Below are positions 1 to 9,806 of a DNA stretch of 64,000 bases, piece by piece. The notes below the pieces were generated by a model. The model was not told where the DNA came from and made no database searches. It saw only the letters and a program-made list of their open reading frames with translations. Each line of letters begins with the position of its first letter. Positions within the stretch are counted from its first letter, which is position 1. Source of the stretch: an uncultured Gammaproteobacteria bacterium (GTDB lineage: Bacteria > Patescibacteriota > Microgenomatia > Levybacterales > UBA12049); assembly GCA_964497535.1 (NCBI GenBank), contig CAZCCG010000001.1, forward strand, positions 66,688 through 130,687, read 5' to 3'. A program made the translations under genes and the position numbers.

Positions 1-444
1 AAACTCTTCCGCACCGATAGCCTCCCGCGCCACCGCCTGGCCTTCGCACATGGCAGTATAGGAGATGCGGGTTTCCGCAGCTAATCCGGTAAGACCACCG
101 ACTCCTAGTGCAGCGGCACTCACGCCGCTGAATTGGTTACCAACCTGAGTCTGCTGGATACCGATCCAGCTGGTCTGGTTGGCAAAACTCAAGGGCTGAC
201 CGGCGTATTGGGGACCACTCTGCCCGTAGCCGAGCTGAGACCCCAACATCTGAGGTGATACTGGACCCGTCTGCTGCAGCGGAGCCGGGTTAGTAGCCGT
301 ATGGTGAGCAGCTCCCAAGACCGGCAAAGCCGCCCGTGCACCTTCCGCAGCGCAAATCGCATGCGCCTCGTCCGACGCAAACGCGCTGGACGGAATGACA
401 CAGCCAAGAATGAGGACTAACAACGCTACTGTTCTACCACGCAT
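1..444 (-). CDS. Partial secreted protein with signal peptide; the 3-prime end lies outside the window. GC-rich (about 60%), unlike the neighbouring DNA.
   Basis: Continuous open frame on the minus strand from an ATG (reverse complement of 442-444) to the window edge, 148 codons with no stop. N-terminus MRGRTVALLVLILGCVIPSSAFA looks like a signal or lipoprotein leader. AGGAG lies 8 nt upstream of the ATG. Not in the supplied ORF track because it runs off the edge. Confidence 0.45.
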   Translation of the reverse strand, partial: MRGRTVALLVLILGCVIPSSAFASDEAHAICAAEGARAALPVLGAAHHTATNPAPLQQTGPVSPQMLGSQLGYGQSGPQYAGQPLSFANQTSWIGIQQTQVGNQFSGVSAAALGVGGLTGLAAETRISYTAMCEGQAVAREAIGAEEF

Positions 445-572
445 CTGAAAACTCCTACTTTGCTATTTCTAAGCTCTGCGTGCCACGCGCCAAACCTCTA
501 CGCTACTTCCCGCGTTTCACCTCCCAGTAATAATAAGTGATCAACTCAAGTTATCCAGCTTGAACGTCCCGT

Positions 573-601
573 AGTATAACATAGACATCTTTATCTGTCA
601 A
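573..601 (-). promoter_or_regulatory. Consensus sigma70-type promoter (TTGACA, 17-nt spacer, TATACT) for the GC-rich edge gene; about 130-nt leader.
   Basis: Minus-strand reading: TTGACA gataaagatgtctatgt TATACT. Exact hexamers and 17-nt spacing seen directly in the sequence. Confidence 0.5.
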
Positions 602-861
602 CTATTTTAGACGACAAATATCGATATCTTGCTACGGAATCGATTGTTAGGATATCAAAAAACAGCAAAACGTCAATATAATTCAACAATATCTTATAGT
701 TGCGCTTTTTATGAGGCTGATATATAATGTATCTGTCGTATAAAGAAATATACACTAATACATAAATCCTAAATAACAAATACTAAGCACTAAACAATAT
801 CGAAATGCAAATGCTCGAAATTCAAAACATACATAGTTTAGAAATTGGGATTTAACCTTTT

Positions 862-1617
862 ATGACTACTACCGAAGCACTCCAACAATTAGGCCTTTCT
901 CAACACGAAGCGGAAGTATATCTGTGTTTGTTACAGAATGGACCACTCTCACCTACCGACATTGCCCACAAAACCGGTATCAAACGTCCCAATGTCTATG
1001 CTATTGCCCAAACCCTGGAGCAAAAAGGACTTCTCTACTATCAATTGGTAAATAAGCGCAAACTTCTGACCGCCGCAGACCCCGAAAATATCCAAGACTT
1101 GGTCAAGCAAAAACTTGACCTGGCGACCTCCCTGCTCCCTCATCTCAAATCTATCGATACTACAGGCGGATTTAAAGCCAATATTACCTTTTATCAGGGA
1201 CGCAAAGCCATGCAGGAAATGATGAATCATGCTCTTACTATGAAGAAAAAGGAGTTCTGCGGCTTGTGGCCGGCCACCGATATGAATAAAATTCTAGGGA
1301 AAAAGTTTGTCGAAGACTTTATCGCAATACGAATTAAGAAGAATATAAATCTGCGCACCCTTCAAGACGCATCAAAAGAAAGCTTTTATGATGAAGAGGT
1401 CAAAACCGAAAAGGGACGCAACCTGACCCATTTTGCCTATGTGCCCGACAAATATACCTTTTCTCTCGGTATGGGTATTTATGATGATACGGTGGCATTT
1501 TATTCTTCCAAGAAAGAAAGCTATGGGTTTTTGGTCAAAAGCAAAGAATTTGCAGAGGTAATCCGGATGTTTTACGACAACCTCTGGGATCACAGCGGGA
1601 AGTTGAAGAAAGATTAG
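862..1617 (+). CDS. TrmB-family transcriptional regulator (N-terminal wHTH), paralog 1 of 3.
   Basis: N-terminal LGLSxxEAxVYLxLLxxGPxSPTDIAxxTGIKRPNVY motif typical of the TrmB HTH. 251 aa. Paralogous to the ORFs at 2455 and 4360. Confidence 0.75.
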   Translation: MTTTEALQQLGLSQHEAEVYLCLLQNGPLSPTDIAHKTGIKRPNVYAIAQTLEQKGLLYYQLVNKRKLLTAADPENIQDLVKQKLDLATSLLPHLKSIDTTGGFKANITFYQGRKAMQEMMNHALTMKKKEFCGLWPATDMNKILGKKFVEDFIAIRIKKNINLRTLQDASKESFYDEEVKTEKGRNLTHFAYVPDKYTFSLGMGIYDDTVAFYSSKKESYGFLVKSKEFAEVIRMFYDNLWDHSGKLKKD

Positions 1618-2318
1618 GATTTTATACCTATACGAAAAGGATTAAAGTTTGTTGTACTATCATATATATCTACTCCCTCAACTCTTTTTAAATGATTGAC
1701 TATCAAATATGTAACAGGAGTAACAACTATCTCATAGGCCACCTTCACCCAGTAGATATTCCAAGCTACCGTAAGCAAAAGTGAGTTTGGGATCACTCCA
1801 TAAAAAGCCACAACCATCACTACTACGGTATCAATTCCCTCTCCCACAATAGTTGAGCTTATTGTCCGAGTCCATAGATATTTACCCTGCGTTTTGACTT
1901 TCATTTTAGCCAAAACAAAAGAGTTAGCAAACTCTCCGACCCAATATGCTACTAAACTTCCGATAACCAACCTCGGAACAAATCCTAAAACAGTAGAATA
2001 AGCCTGATTATGTTCAAAGCCCGGGGCCGGGGGCAAAATACTTACTATCCCATATACAACAGCCATTAGCACAGAACACAAAAAGCCAATCCAGATCACT
2101 CTTCTTGACCTTTTAAATCCATAGACCTCGGTTAAAACATCACCAAAGATATAACTGACCGGAAATAAGAGTATGCCGGCACTCAGAGCAAGTGGTCCAA
2201 AACTGGCAATCTTACCAGCAGTCGTTTGAGTAATCAAAAGTACTGCCACAAAAATAGCAGTAATGAGATCATAATATTTAAAATTCCGGGGAAGCTCCGG
2301 TTGCGATAGCTTTTTCAT
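1614..2318 (-). CDS. yhhQ: Queuosine-precursor transporter, YhhQ/DUF165 (VUT) family membrane protein.
   Basis: Multi-TM protein of 234 aa carrying the LFPxSYIFGDVLTEVYG motif characteristic of YhhQ. Confidence 0.7.
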   Translation of the reverse strand: MKKLSQPELPRNFKYYDLITAIFVAVLLITQTTAGKIASFGPLALSAGILLFPVSYIFGDVLTEVYGFKRSRRVIWIGFLCSVLMAVVYGIVSILPPAPGFEHNQAYSTVLGFVPRLVIGSLVAYWVGEFANSFVLAKMKVKTQGKYLWTRTISSTIVGEGIDTVVVMVVAFYGVIPNSLLLTVAWNIYWVKVAYEIVVTPVTYLIVNHLKRVEGVDIYDSTTNFNPFRIGIKS

Positions 2319-2454
2319 AAAATCATTATAGGATAAAACTCGTCGCTGTAGCCTTTTTCCTTAAATTTAATAGAAATTCGCTCATTCTAGGCTTGAATGA
2401 CTGAGTAATTTGTGTATCCTTTGAGAATACAAATATGGTATAATACCGCTACCT

Positions 2455-3216
2455 ATGACTATCAATGATGCATTAGAACAGATTGGGCTTACCCAAAGGG
2501 AATCTTTAATCTATATACACCTGTTAAAATACGGACCCTCTTCCCCTACAGAAATTGCCACTCAAACTTCTATCAAAAGACCAAATGTCTATGATGCAAT
2601 TAAATCCTTAGAAAAACAGGGATTGATCAAATACCACTTAGTCAGCAAAAGAAAGCTGATTGCACCAGAACCAGTAGAAAAAATTGAAGAGTTAGTCACG
2701 CACAGGCTCCACTTGGTCCAAAACTTAATTCCTAGCCTCAAAAGCATCAATCAAGAAGGGACTTTTAAAAGTACTATCACTTTCTATCAGGGTAAAAGAG
2801 CCATGGTTAACCTGCTCAAGGAAGTTTTATCTATGAAAGGCGGAGAATTATTGGGACTGTGGTCATCCCAAGACATGGATAGAATTCTGGATAAAAAAAC
2901 CATCCTCAGCTTTATCAGAACACGAGAAAAAAAAGGTATTAAAGCCAGAGTCTTGCATCATATGAAGAAAGAGGATTTAAAAGAGTATGGAGAAGAATTA
3001 GCCTCAGAAAGAGACTCTAAGATTACTCAAATAGGGTATGTCCCGGATAACGCTCTCTTCACGTTATCTATGTTAATTTACGATGATAGCGTTTCTTTCT
3101 TCTCCTCAAAAAAAGAAAGTTATGGGTTTAAAGTAGAAAGTAGAGAGTATGCAGAGCTTCAAAGAATGCTATTTGAAAACCTCTGGCAAAATTCCGGAAA
3201 GTTAAAACAAGAATAA
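2455..3216 (+). CDS. TrmB-family transcriptional regulator, paralog 2.
   Basis: Same N-terminal HTH motif (LGLTQRESLIYIHLLKYGPSSPTEIATQTSIKRPNVY). 253 aa. Collinear similarity to the 862 ORF along its full length. Confidence 0.75.
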   Translation: MTINDALEQIGLTQRESLIYIHLLKYGPSSPTEIATQTSIKRPNVYDAIKSLEKQGLIKYHLVSKRKLIAPEPVEKIEELVTHRLHLVQNLIPSLKSINQEGTFKSTITFYQGKRAMVNLLKEVLSMKGGELLGLWSSQDMDRILDKKTILSFIRTREKKGIKARVLHHMKKEDLKEYGEELASERDSKITQIGYVPDNALFTLSMLIYDDSVSFFSSKKESYGFKVESREYAELQRMLFENLWQNSGKLKQE

Positions 3217-3234
3217 TTTAGCCATGAAAAAGAG

Positions 3235-3262
3235 GCGGTTGGATTTCTCCTCCCGCCCCTGT
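3235..3262. terminator. Bidirectional intrinsic terminator between convergent genes.
   Basis: GC hairpin ggcgg..ccgcc(cc) flanked by a T-run on the plus strand (gcgtttt) and a T-run on the minus strand (ctcttttt). Confidence 0.5.
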
Positions 3263-3268
3263 TGCGTT

Positions 3269-3637
3269 TTAACGTCCGCCGACTTGACTTATCTCTTTTT
3301 CCTCAACCTCCTTTTCCGTAATGAATACGGCCACCATCCCCAGCAGGTAGACTGGAGTAAGGATCCCCTCCACTCCCGCTAGGCTCGAGGGGATGACCTC
3401 CTGAGTCACTAGGTACCAAAAGAGACACTGGAGTATCACCCCTGTGACACTCCAAATACTGCACTTCAACCAGTAGTGTGTCCACTTCTGGTTGACCTGC
3501 TCCTTCTTCTCATCGGGAGCACAGAATGTGCAGAAGATACCCCGTCCAGGAACCAGTTTTACCTGCCCCGCAATCAGAAGCTGCTGACACCGCCCGCAAA
3601 CTTTTTGAGCTTGCACGGGTCGACTCATTGCAGACAT
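3269..3637 (-). CDS. Hypothetical small membrane protein with CxxC..CxxC zinc-ribbon-like N-terminus.
   Basis: 122-aa ORF. CGRC and CTFC pairs are followed by a hydrophobic segment. Lies in a locally GC-enriched patch. Confidence 0.4.
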   Translation of the reverse strand: MSAMSRPVQAQKVCGRCQQLLIAGQVKLVPGRGIFCTFCAPDEKKEQVNQKWTHYWLKCSIWSVTGVILQCLFWYLVTQEVIPSSLAGVEGILTPVYLLGMVAVFITEKEVEEKEISQVGGR

Positions 3638-3713
3638 GATGGACTCCTTCTGAGTAATGAGTGGGGCGGTCAGCTTACGCCTCCCGCCCCTGACGTTGGA
3701 AACTCCCGGTTAC

Positions 3714-4058
3714 CTAGTACTTCTTGAACCAAAAACCTCGCCGAAGTTCGCTGGGATCCTGGATCCCAACGCTGATGATGGTGAGAAGAATGGCCGCAAC
3801 GATGCTGCCAATCTCCCCAATGACCGCTTGAGCAAGAAACTCCAGGTCCTTCTGACCCAGACCCTGGACCAGGCCGAACAAACTGAGTACCCAGTACCCA
3901 ACAGATAGAGCCAGAAACATCCCGATAAGGATGACGCTCAGAAGCGCCATCATCCCGAGAACGAGAGAGATGGCCAGAGCCACCTCTCGGATAGCCTTGA
4001 GAACGAACGACATTTCTTTCTCCTCTTCCGCTCTTGCGGCACTATATCTCAGCCTCAT
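3714..4058 (-). CDS. Hypothetical small membrane protein.
   Basis: 114-aa ORF with two predicted TM helices. Same strand and GC-enriched patch as the 3269 ORF. Confidence 0.4.
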   Translation of the reverse strand: MRLRYSAARAEEEKEMSFVLKAIREVALAISLVLGMMALLSVILIGMFLALSVGYWVLSLFGLVQGLGQKDLEFLAQAVIGEIGSIVAAILLTIISVGIQDPSELRRGFWFKKY

Positions 4059-4359
4059 TTACCCTCGGCCCTGTGCCGGAGGTTTAAAGCTGCCCCCAAT
4101 ACCACTCTGAGATTGCTTCACCCTGAGCGTAGTAGAAGGGCTCGCAATGACAAGAAATGACCTTGAGGGCAGCCTCAACGACTGGCTATAAGTAGGTTCA
4201 AGTTAGCTTCAGTTGTAAAAGAACGCTTGGGTTGAAGCTTCGGCTTCCCGCTTAATAGTGAAGAGAAGCATTCAATGTCCTGTAGTATATCATAAGATCC
4301 TTAATTTGTCAAGTTTTTCCGACGACAAATTTGATGTTCGTGTGTGCTACAATAGATAT

Positions 4360-5112
4360 ATGGACCCATCCGTTATCGCACAGCTTCAAAGCCTCAATTT
4401 CTCGGTAAACGAGGCTACGGTGTATACAGCACTTCTGGAGATAGGACAAACCTCTGCCGGGGAGATAATCAAAAAGACAGGGCTTCATCGGAGCGTGGTG
4501 TATGAGACTCTCGATAAGCTTATAGCAAGAAAACTGGTTTTTAAGCTTGAGAAGCAAAAGATTGCTTTTTACCAAGCAACAGACCCCTCAAGACTCTTGC
4601 AAAACATAAAATCCCAAGAAGAGATAGCCATGGAGCTGATCCCAAAACTCACTAATTTTATAGATACAAAGCTTCCGGAGATAACTATTTATGAAGGCTT
4701 AGAATCATATAGAGCGTTTTGGCTCGCCTTTTATGCCAGGGTGGAACCTGGATCAACAGACTATATTGCAGGATCAATTGGGTCATATTGGCAAGAACTG
4801 TTAGGAATAAGAACTATCGAAAAGATATTGCAAATTCAGGTGGAACGAAAGATCAAGTGGAAAGCTTTGATGTTCTCAAAAGACCCTATTGAGATGGAAT
4901 GGTTCCAGAGGTCTCCTGAGTTATATGAATGTCGGCTCATTAATAAGAACGGCCCAGCCGAAGGAAATTATAATATTACCAGTGAAGGAACTGTTCTTCT
5001 CCACTCAGCCACAGAACCCATGATTATTGAAATAAAAAATCCGACACTATTTCGAGTGTTTCAAAACATCTTTGATACAATGTGGGATATAGCCAAACCA
5101 CTCAACCCTTAA
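4360..5112 (+). CDS. TrmB-family transcriptional regulator, paralog 3 (start moved to an internal Met).
   Basis: Alignment to paralogs 1 and 2 begins at MDPSVIAQLQSLNFSVNEATVYTALLEIGQTSAGEII. The upstream 34 codons in the ORF track are probably not translated. Confidence 0.65.
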   Translation: MDPSVIAQLQSLNFSVNEATVYTALLEIGQTSAGEIIKKTGLHRSVVYETLDKLIARKLVFKLEKQKIAFYQATDPSRLLQNIKSQEEIAMELIPKLTNFIDTKLPEITIYEGLESYRAFWLAFYARVEPGSTDYIAGSIGSYWQELLGIRTIEKILQIQVERKIKWKALMFSKDPIEMEWFQRSPELYECRLINKNGPAEGNYNITSEGTVLLHSATEPMIIEIKNPTLFRVFQNIFDTMWDIAKPLNP

Positions 5113-6206
5113 CTTTGAAGTACTTCAATACCGGGGAGTTTTTCACCGCTTAAAAACGCAAGCATAGCACCACCACCGGTTGAGACAAAACTAAATTTAT
5201 CCAGTAATCCTATTTGTTGCAAAAAGCCCAGCGTATCTCCTCCCCCAACTACACTATATGCCCCGCTTTCTACAATTCCTTTTGCAATTATTTCACTTCC
5301 CTGACGTGATGCTTCCACTTCTGTTTTACCCACTGGTCCATTCCATACCACTGTCTGTCCGAGTTGAATAATTTGTACAAAGTTCTCTGCATCACTTTGG
5401 GTAAGATCTGTTTTGTCAGCAGTCAAATCAGCCACCAGAAGCGCTGATTTTCTCCCTACTACCTTTTCATGTTGGACTTTCAGAAGCGTTTTTATCTCTT
5501 CGGCAATCTTACCGCCAACCAATACATAATCTGCCAACTGATGCATCTTCTCAACCAATGGCAGTTTGGTCTCTATCTTTGCACCACCAATCAGAACTAC
5601 CAACGGCCTTTTGGGATCATCCAGAATACCTGACAATACTTCTATTTCTTTTTGTAGATGGAGTCCCGCAAAATGAGGGAGAAGTTTGGCAACCCCAACC
5701 AAAGATGCATGATTACGATGGGAGACGGCAAATGCATCATTTACATACACATCTGCCAAGTAGGCAAGTTTTTTCGCAAATGCCGGCTCATTTTTCTCCT
5801 CCTCTTCAAAAAAACGAATGTTATCCAATATGACCAGTTGATCCGACAATGTCCATGCCCAGAATCCGTTTACCTGTTCGTATTGGAAAGTGGAAATTGG
5901 AAATTGGAAATTTCTTTGGAACCATTTCGCCACCGGTTCCAAAGAATACTTGGGATCATTACCGACCGGTCGACCCAAATGGCCAACAATCCGTACCTGT
6001 GCATTGTTTTTGAGAAGAAATTCAAGTGTCGGTAATGAAGCAACCAACCTTGAATCGTCAGTGATTTCCCATGATTCACTTGTCCTGAGCGGAATCGAAG
6101 AATGATTCATAATTCTTGATTCTTTTAGGGGAACATCCAAATCCAACCGAAGCAATACTCGTTTATCTTTTACGCTATCAGGAGTCAGAAACGGAAGTTG
6201 AAGCAT
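5109..6206 (-). CDS. pgk: Phosphoglycerate kinase.
   Basis: Full-length PGK signature blocks seen by eye: HLGRP, FEEEEKN region, LENxRF-like, GGGDT...GGGA. 365 aa. Confidence 0.9.
   Translation of the reverse strand: MLQLPFLTPDSVKDKRVLLRLDLDVPLKESRIMNHSSIPLRTSESWEITDDSRLVASLPTLEFLLKNNAQVRIVGHLGRPVGNDPKYSLEPVAKWFQRNFQFPISTFQYEQVNGFWAWTLSDQLVILDNIRFFEEEEKNEPAFAKKLAYLADVYVNDAFAVSHRNHASLVGVAKLLPHFAGLHLQKEIEVLSGILDDPKRPLVVLIGGAKIETKLPLVEKMHQLADYVLVGGKIAEEIKTLLKVQHEKVVGRKSALLVADLTADKTDLTQSDAENFVQIIQLGQTVVWNGPVGKTEVEASRQGSEIIAKGIVESGAYSVVGGGDTLGFLQQIGLLDKFSFVSTGGGAMLAFLSGEKLPGIEVLQS
5891..5912. repeat. (GGAAATT)3 simple repeat embedded in the pgk CDS; an identical 22-mer recurs at 14776-14797.
   Basis: tggaaattggaaattggaaatt read directly; in frame it encodes NFQFPI. 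Confidence 0.9.
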
Positions 6207-6287
6207 ACTGTTAGCGTATCATATGAAATATTAAATATGAAACATGAAATATATTTGCTCTTTAATATTTATTATTTGATATAAGTA

Positions 6288-7355
6288 TTAGTCACTGAAT
6301 TCTTGAGAGAACATTTCTCCATAAATTCCTCCATCCATAACTCCTACCCCCAGTTTTTTAAAATTGGGTGAAAGGATATTTGCTTTGTGTCCCGGGCTAT
6401 CCATAAATCCCTTCATTGCTAAATCTACACTGGGTGCCAGGGCAATATTCTCTCCTGCCGAACCATAGCCAATACCTGCTTCTTTCATACGATCAAATGG
6501 TGATAACCCCTCAGGGGTAATATGGGAAAAATACCCTCGCTGCAACATATCCTGTGAATGTCCCCGGGCAACTTCTTGAAGTACCGAACTAAAGACCACC
6601 GGTTCAAGACCATGCGCTGTACGTTCTTTATTGACCATATCAAACATCGTATACTCTGCCGCTTCATCGGAAGTTGAATTCTCAACTGTAAAATTGAGTT
6701 TGACCGACTCTTCTCCTTCAGGTTTGACTGTGAGAAAACTCAATGTATCATTAACAGCTCCTCCAAATACCTGATCAAGATTTTGCTCAAACCCTTGCGT
6801 ATTTGCCACCAGCTTACTCCCAAACGTTGAAGAAGTAACTGATTTTTTGATAAATGGCGATACCGGCAATGTCACCAAGAGGGTGAGGAAAAAAGCAAGC
6901 AGGATAAGTGCTGAAATAACACCGGGAATGACCCCGAATATATGATTTATGGTATCCAAATACGCACCAAATATACTTTCTCCCTGTTCGCGGCTGTGTT
7001 TTTGATGGCGCAAAATGGCATGATACACGACTTTCCGTAGTAAAACGGCAGCCGCAAATTCACCCACACTAGCAGAGAGAAAAAATCCGATTGCATTGGC
7101 AAACCCATGAGGAATTCCAAACACCCGAGTCAAACCATCTCCTACGGTATTATAAAGTTTGATACCAATGATAAAAGAAAAAACAAAACTCAGAAGATCC
7201 AGAAAAGCGATGACAAAACCAACCATAATGCCTTCAACAGCATAAAAAAGGATGACTATAATAACCAGAATATCAAGCCAATTCAGGCCATAGAATGAGA
7301 AGACAAGATGCGTGGAGATCCAGGACAAAATCGGCTGTGTGTATGACTGAAACAT
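6288..7355 (-). CDS. Membrane protein fusion: N-terminal CvpA-like TM domain plus C-terminal CAP/SCP (YkwD-like) domain.
   Basis: Four or five TM helices at the N-terminus. C-terminus carries the GHSQDMLQRGYFSH...SPGHKANILSPNFKKLGVGV CAP-domain motifs. Confidence 0.55.
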   Translation of the reverse strand: MFQSYTQPILSWISTHLVFSFYGLNWLDILVIIVILFYAVEGIMVGFVIAFLDLLSFVFSFIIGIKLYNTVGDGLTRVFGIPHGFANAIGFFLSASVGEFAAAVLLRKVVYHAILRHQKHSREQGESIFGAYLDTINHIFGVIPGVISALILLAFFLTLLVTLPVSPFIKKSVTSSTFGSKLVANTQGFEQNLDQVFGGAVNDTLSFLTVKPEGEESVKLNFTVENSTSDEAAEYTMFDMVNKERTAHGLEPVVFSSVLQEVARGHSQDMLQRGYFSHITPEGLSPFDRMKEAGIGYGSAGENIALAPSVDLAMKGFMDSPGHKANILSPNFKKLGVGVMDGGIYGEMFSQEFSD

Positions 7356-7407
7356 AGGACGAGCAAAGAAGTTGCTATAGCTTCTTATGAAATGATATCA
7401 TATAGCA

Positions 7408-9555
7408 ATGAATTTTATGCGTAGGGTACCCAAAGCCCGCATGATTGCCACGTTGGTTGTTTTGGTGGCGGCTATAGTATTTATCTATATCGCACTGTTA
7501 AAGGATCTCCCCTCTCCAACCCAGCTGGGCAGTACGACACTTCCCCAATCAACCCAAATCTTTGATCGAAATGGCACGCTCCTCTATACCATCTATGGTA
7601 ATAAGAATCAAACCTTTGTGCCGCTTTCCCAAATTCCAAAAAATTTGCAAAATGCGACGATTGCCATTGAAGATAAAGACTTTTATAATCATGGTGCCAT
7701 TGATATACGAGGGATTACCCGAGCATTTTATTCAACGATCTTTCATAAACAAGTCCAGGGCGGATCAACATTGACACAACAATTGGTCAAAAACGGTCTC
7801 CTCACCCAAGAACAGACTTTACCTCGAAAGATGAAGGAAATCATCTTGGCATACGCGACAGAGTTGCTCTATTCTAAAAACAGAATCCTGGAAATGTACC
7901 TCAATCAATCTCCCTACGGAGGAACTGCCTGGGGAGCTGAAGCTGCCTCCCTCACCTATTTTGGCAAACACGTCAAAGAGCTAGATTTGGCACAAAGCGC
8001 CCTCTTGGCAGGGTTGCCTGAATCTCCGACAACCCTCTCTCCGCAAGGTACTCATCCAGAACTTGCCAAAAAACGTCAGGAATTAGTCCTGGAAGATATG
8101 TATGACCAAAAATACATAACCAAAAGCCAATACGACCAGGCTGTTAAGGAAGAGCTCCACTATAAAAAACTGGATAATACCATCAAAGCTCCTCACTTTG
8201 TCCTCTTTATTAAAGACTTACTGGTAAAACGCTATGGAGAACGTTTGGCGGAAAGCGGTGGACTCAAAGTCATAACCAGCCTCGATCTAAAAACCCAGGA
8301 TATGGTACAAAACGTCGTAGCAACAGAAGTAGATGATCTAAAAAACTACCATGTATCAAATGGCGCAGCGCTCGTAACAAATCCCGGAACCGGCGAAATT
8401 CTGGCAATGGTGGGAAGCAAAAACTATTTCGATACGGATGCTGATGGCAACGTCAATGTAACGATCGCGCTTCGCCAACCGGGCTCATCCATCAAACCGA
8501 TCAACTATGCAGTAGGACTCATAAAGGGTTATACAGCAGCCACACCCTTTATCGACCAACCAATGTGTGTCCCCAGTGGTGACGGCACTAAATATTGTCC
8601 TCAAAATTATGACGGGAAATTCCATGGAGTGGTACAAATGCGGTTTGCTCTGGGTAACTCGCTCAATATCCCGGCTGTTAAGATGCTCAAAGCCAATGGG
8701 ATTCAGGCCATGATTGCAACAGCCTCAGCTATGGGAATTTCAACCTTTAGCCAAAACCCGAGCCGCTATGGACTCTCCCTCACGCTGGGAGGCGGAGAGG
8801 TTACAATGATTGATATGGCAACGGCCTTTGGAGTATTTGCCAATGGCGGGTATCGCATGGATCTACACCCCATCCTCAAAGTCACCAATAACGAAGGAAA
8901 GATACTGGAAGAATATGTTCCTCCCACGAGTCCTATTTTTGGCAAAAAAGTATTTGATCCCGGGGTTGCATATATTATTACCCAGATACTTTCAGACAAT
9001 AACGCCAGACTTTTGGAGTTTGGCCCATCCTCAGAGCTGAAAATTGGAAAACAATCGGTAGCGGTAAAGACTGGAACGACCAATGATTTTCGTGATAACT
9101 GGACCATTGGCTATACTCCAAATCTCCTGGTAGCTGCGTGGGTGGGAAACAACGATAATACCCCCATGAGTGGTTTGGTGTCAGGTATTACCGGAGCAGC
9201 TCCAATTTGGCACCAGATTATGGTCAATATGCTCAAAACCACGTCATTCCAAAGTCCTCGCAAACCAGATAATGTGGTTGGGAAATATGTCTGTTCGGAT
9301 TCGGGACTCTTGCCGCAGGCTGAAGGATCCGCCGACCGCTGTCCAACACGCTTTGAATATTTCATCAAGGGAAAAGAGCCAAAGAAAGGTGATCCAGGTA
9401 TGCAAAATGTGCTGATTGATAAATCTACCAATGATTTGGCAAAACCGGGACAAACAGACAATGTCGAGTATCGGCCGGAACGAATTATTACCGACCCGAC
9501 CGGAGATTCTTACTGTGTCACCTGCGCCCATCCCCAACCGTCTCCAAAACCGTAA
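7408..9555 (+). CDS. Class A penicillin-binding protein (PBP1A-type, GT51 transglycosylase plus transpeptidase).
   Basis: GT51 motifs EDKDFYNHGAIDIRG, GGSTLTQQ and RKxKE. Transpeptidase motifs SSIK (SxxK), SLN and KTGT. N-terminal TM anchor. Confidence 0.9.
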   Translation: MNFMRRVPKARMIATLVVLVAAIVFIYIALLKDLPSPTQLGSTTLPQSTQIFDRNGTLLYTIYGNKNQTFVPLSQIPKNLQNATIAIEDKDFYNHGAIDIRGITRAFYSTIFHKQVQGGSTLTQQLVKNGLLTQEQTLPRKMKEIILAYATELLYSKNRILEMYLNQSPYGGTAWGAEAASLTYFGKHVKELDLAQSALLAGLPESPTTLSPQGTHPELAKKRQELVLEDMYDQKYITKSQYDQAVKEELHYKKLDNTIKAPHFVLFIKDLLVKRYGERLAESGGLKVITSLDLKTQDMVQNVVATEVDDLKNYHVSNGAALVTNPGTGEILAMVGSKNYFDTDADGNVNVTIALRQPGSSIKPINYAVGLIKGYTAATPFIDQPMCVPSGDGTKYCPQNYDGKFHGVVQMRFALGNSLNIPAVKMLKANGIQAMIATASAMGISTFSQNPSRYGLSLTLGGGEVTMIDMATAFGVFANGGYRMDLHPILKVTNNEGKILEEYVPPTSPIFGKKVFDPGVAYIITQILSDNNARLLEFGPSSELKIGKQSVAVKTGTTNDFRDNWTIGYTPNLLVAAWVGNNDNTPMSGLVSGITGAAPIWHQIMVNMLKTTSFQSPRKPDNVVGKYVCSDSGLLPQAEGSADRCPTRFEYFIKGKEPKKGDPGMQNVLIDKSTNDLAKPGQTDNVEYRPERIITDPTGDSYCVTCAHPQPSPKP

Positions 9556-9806
9556 GAGTATCAGGGGGAGAAACGAATAAAGTAGAAGAAGGTAGAAAAA
9601 AGTAAAATCAACTTTCAGCGTGGTTTTGCGTATGGTTCTGCTTCGTTCAGCGTTAAAACCTATCACCTATGATTCATCGTTACGAAACTACAACAAAACA
9701 CCAAAAAGTGAACAAAAGTTACTAACATTTCACCATTTTGCCTCTTTTCAACCAAACGTGCCTATAGTATAATCCAGGCAGTCCTTTATTCCCTGCCTTT
9801 TTTCGT

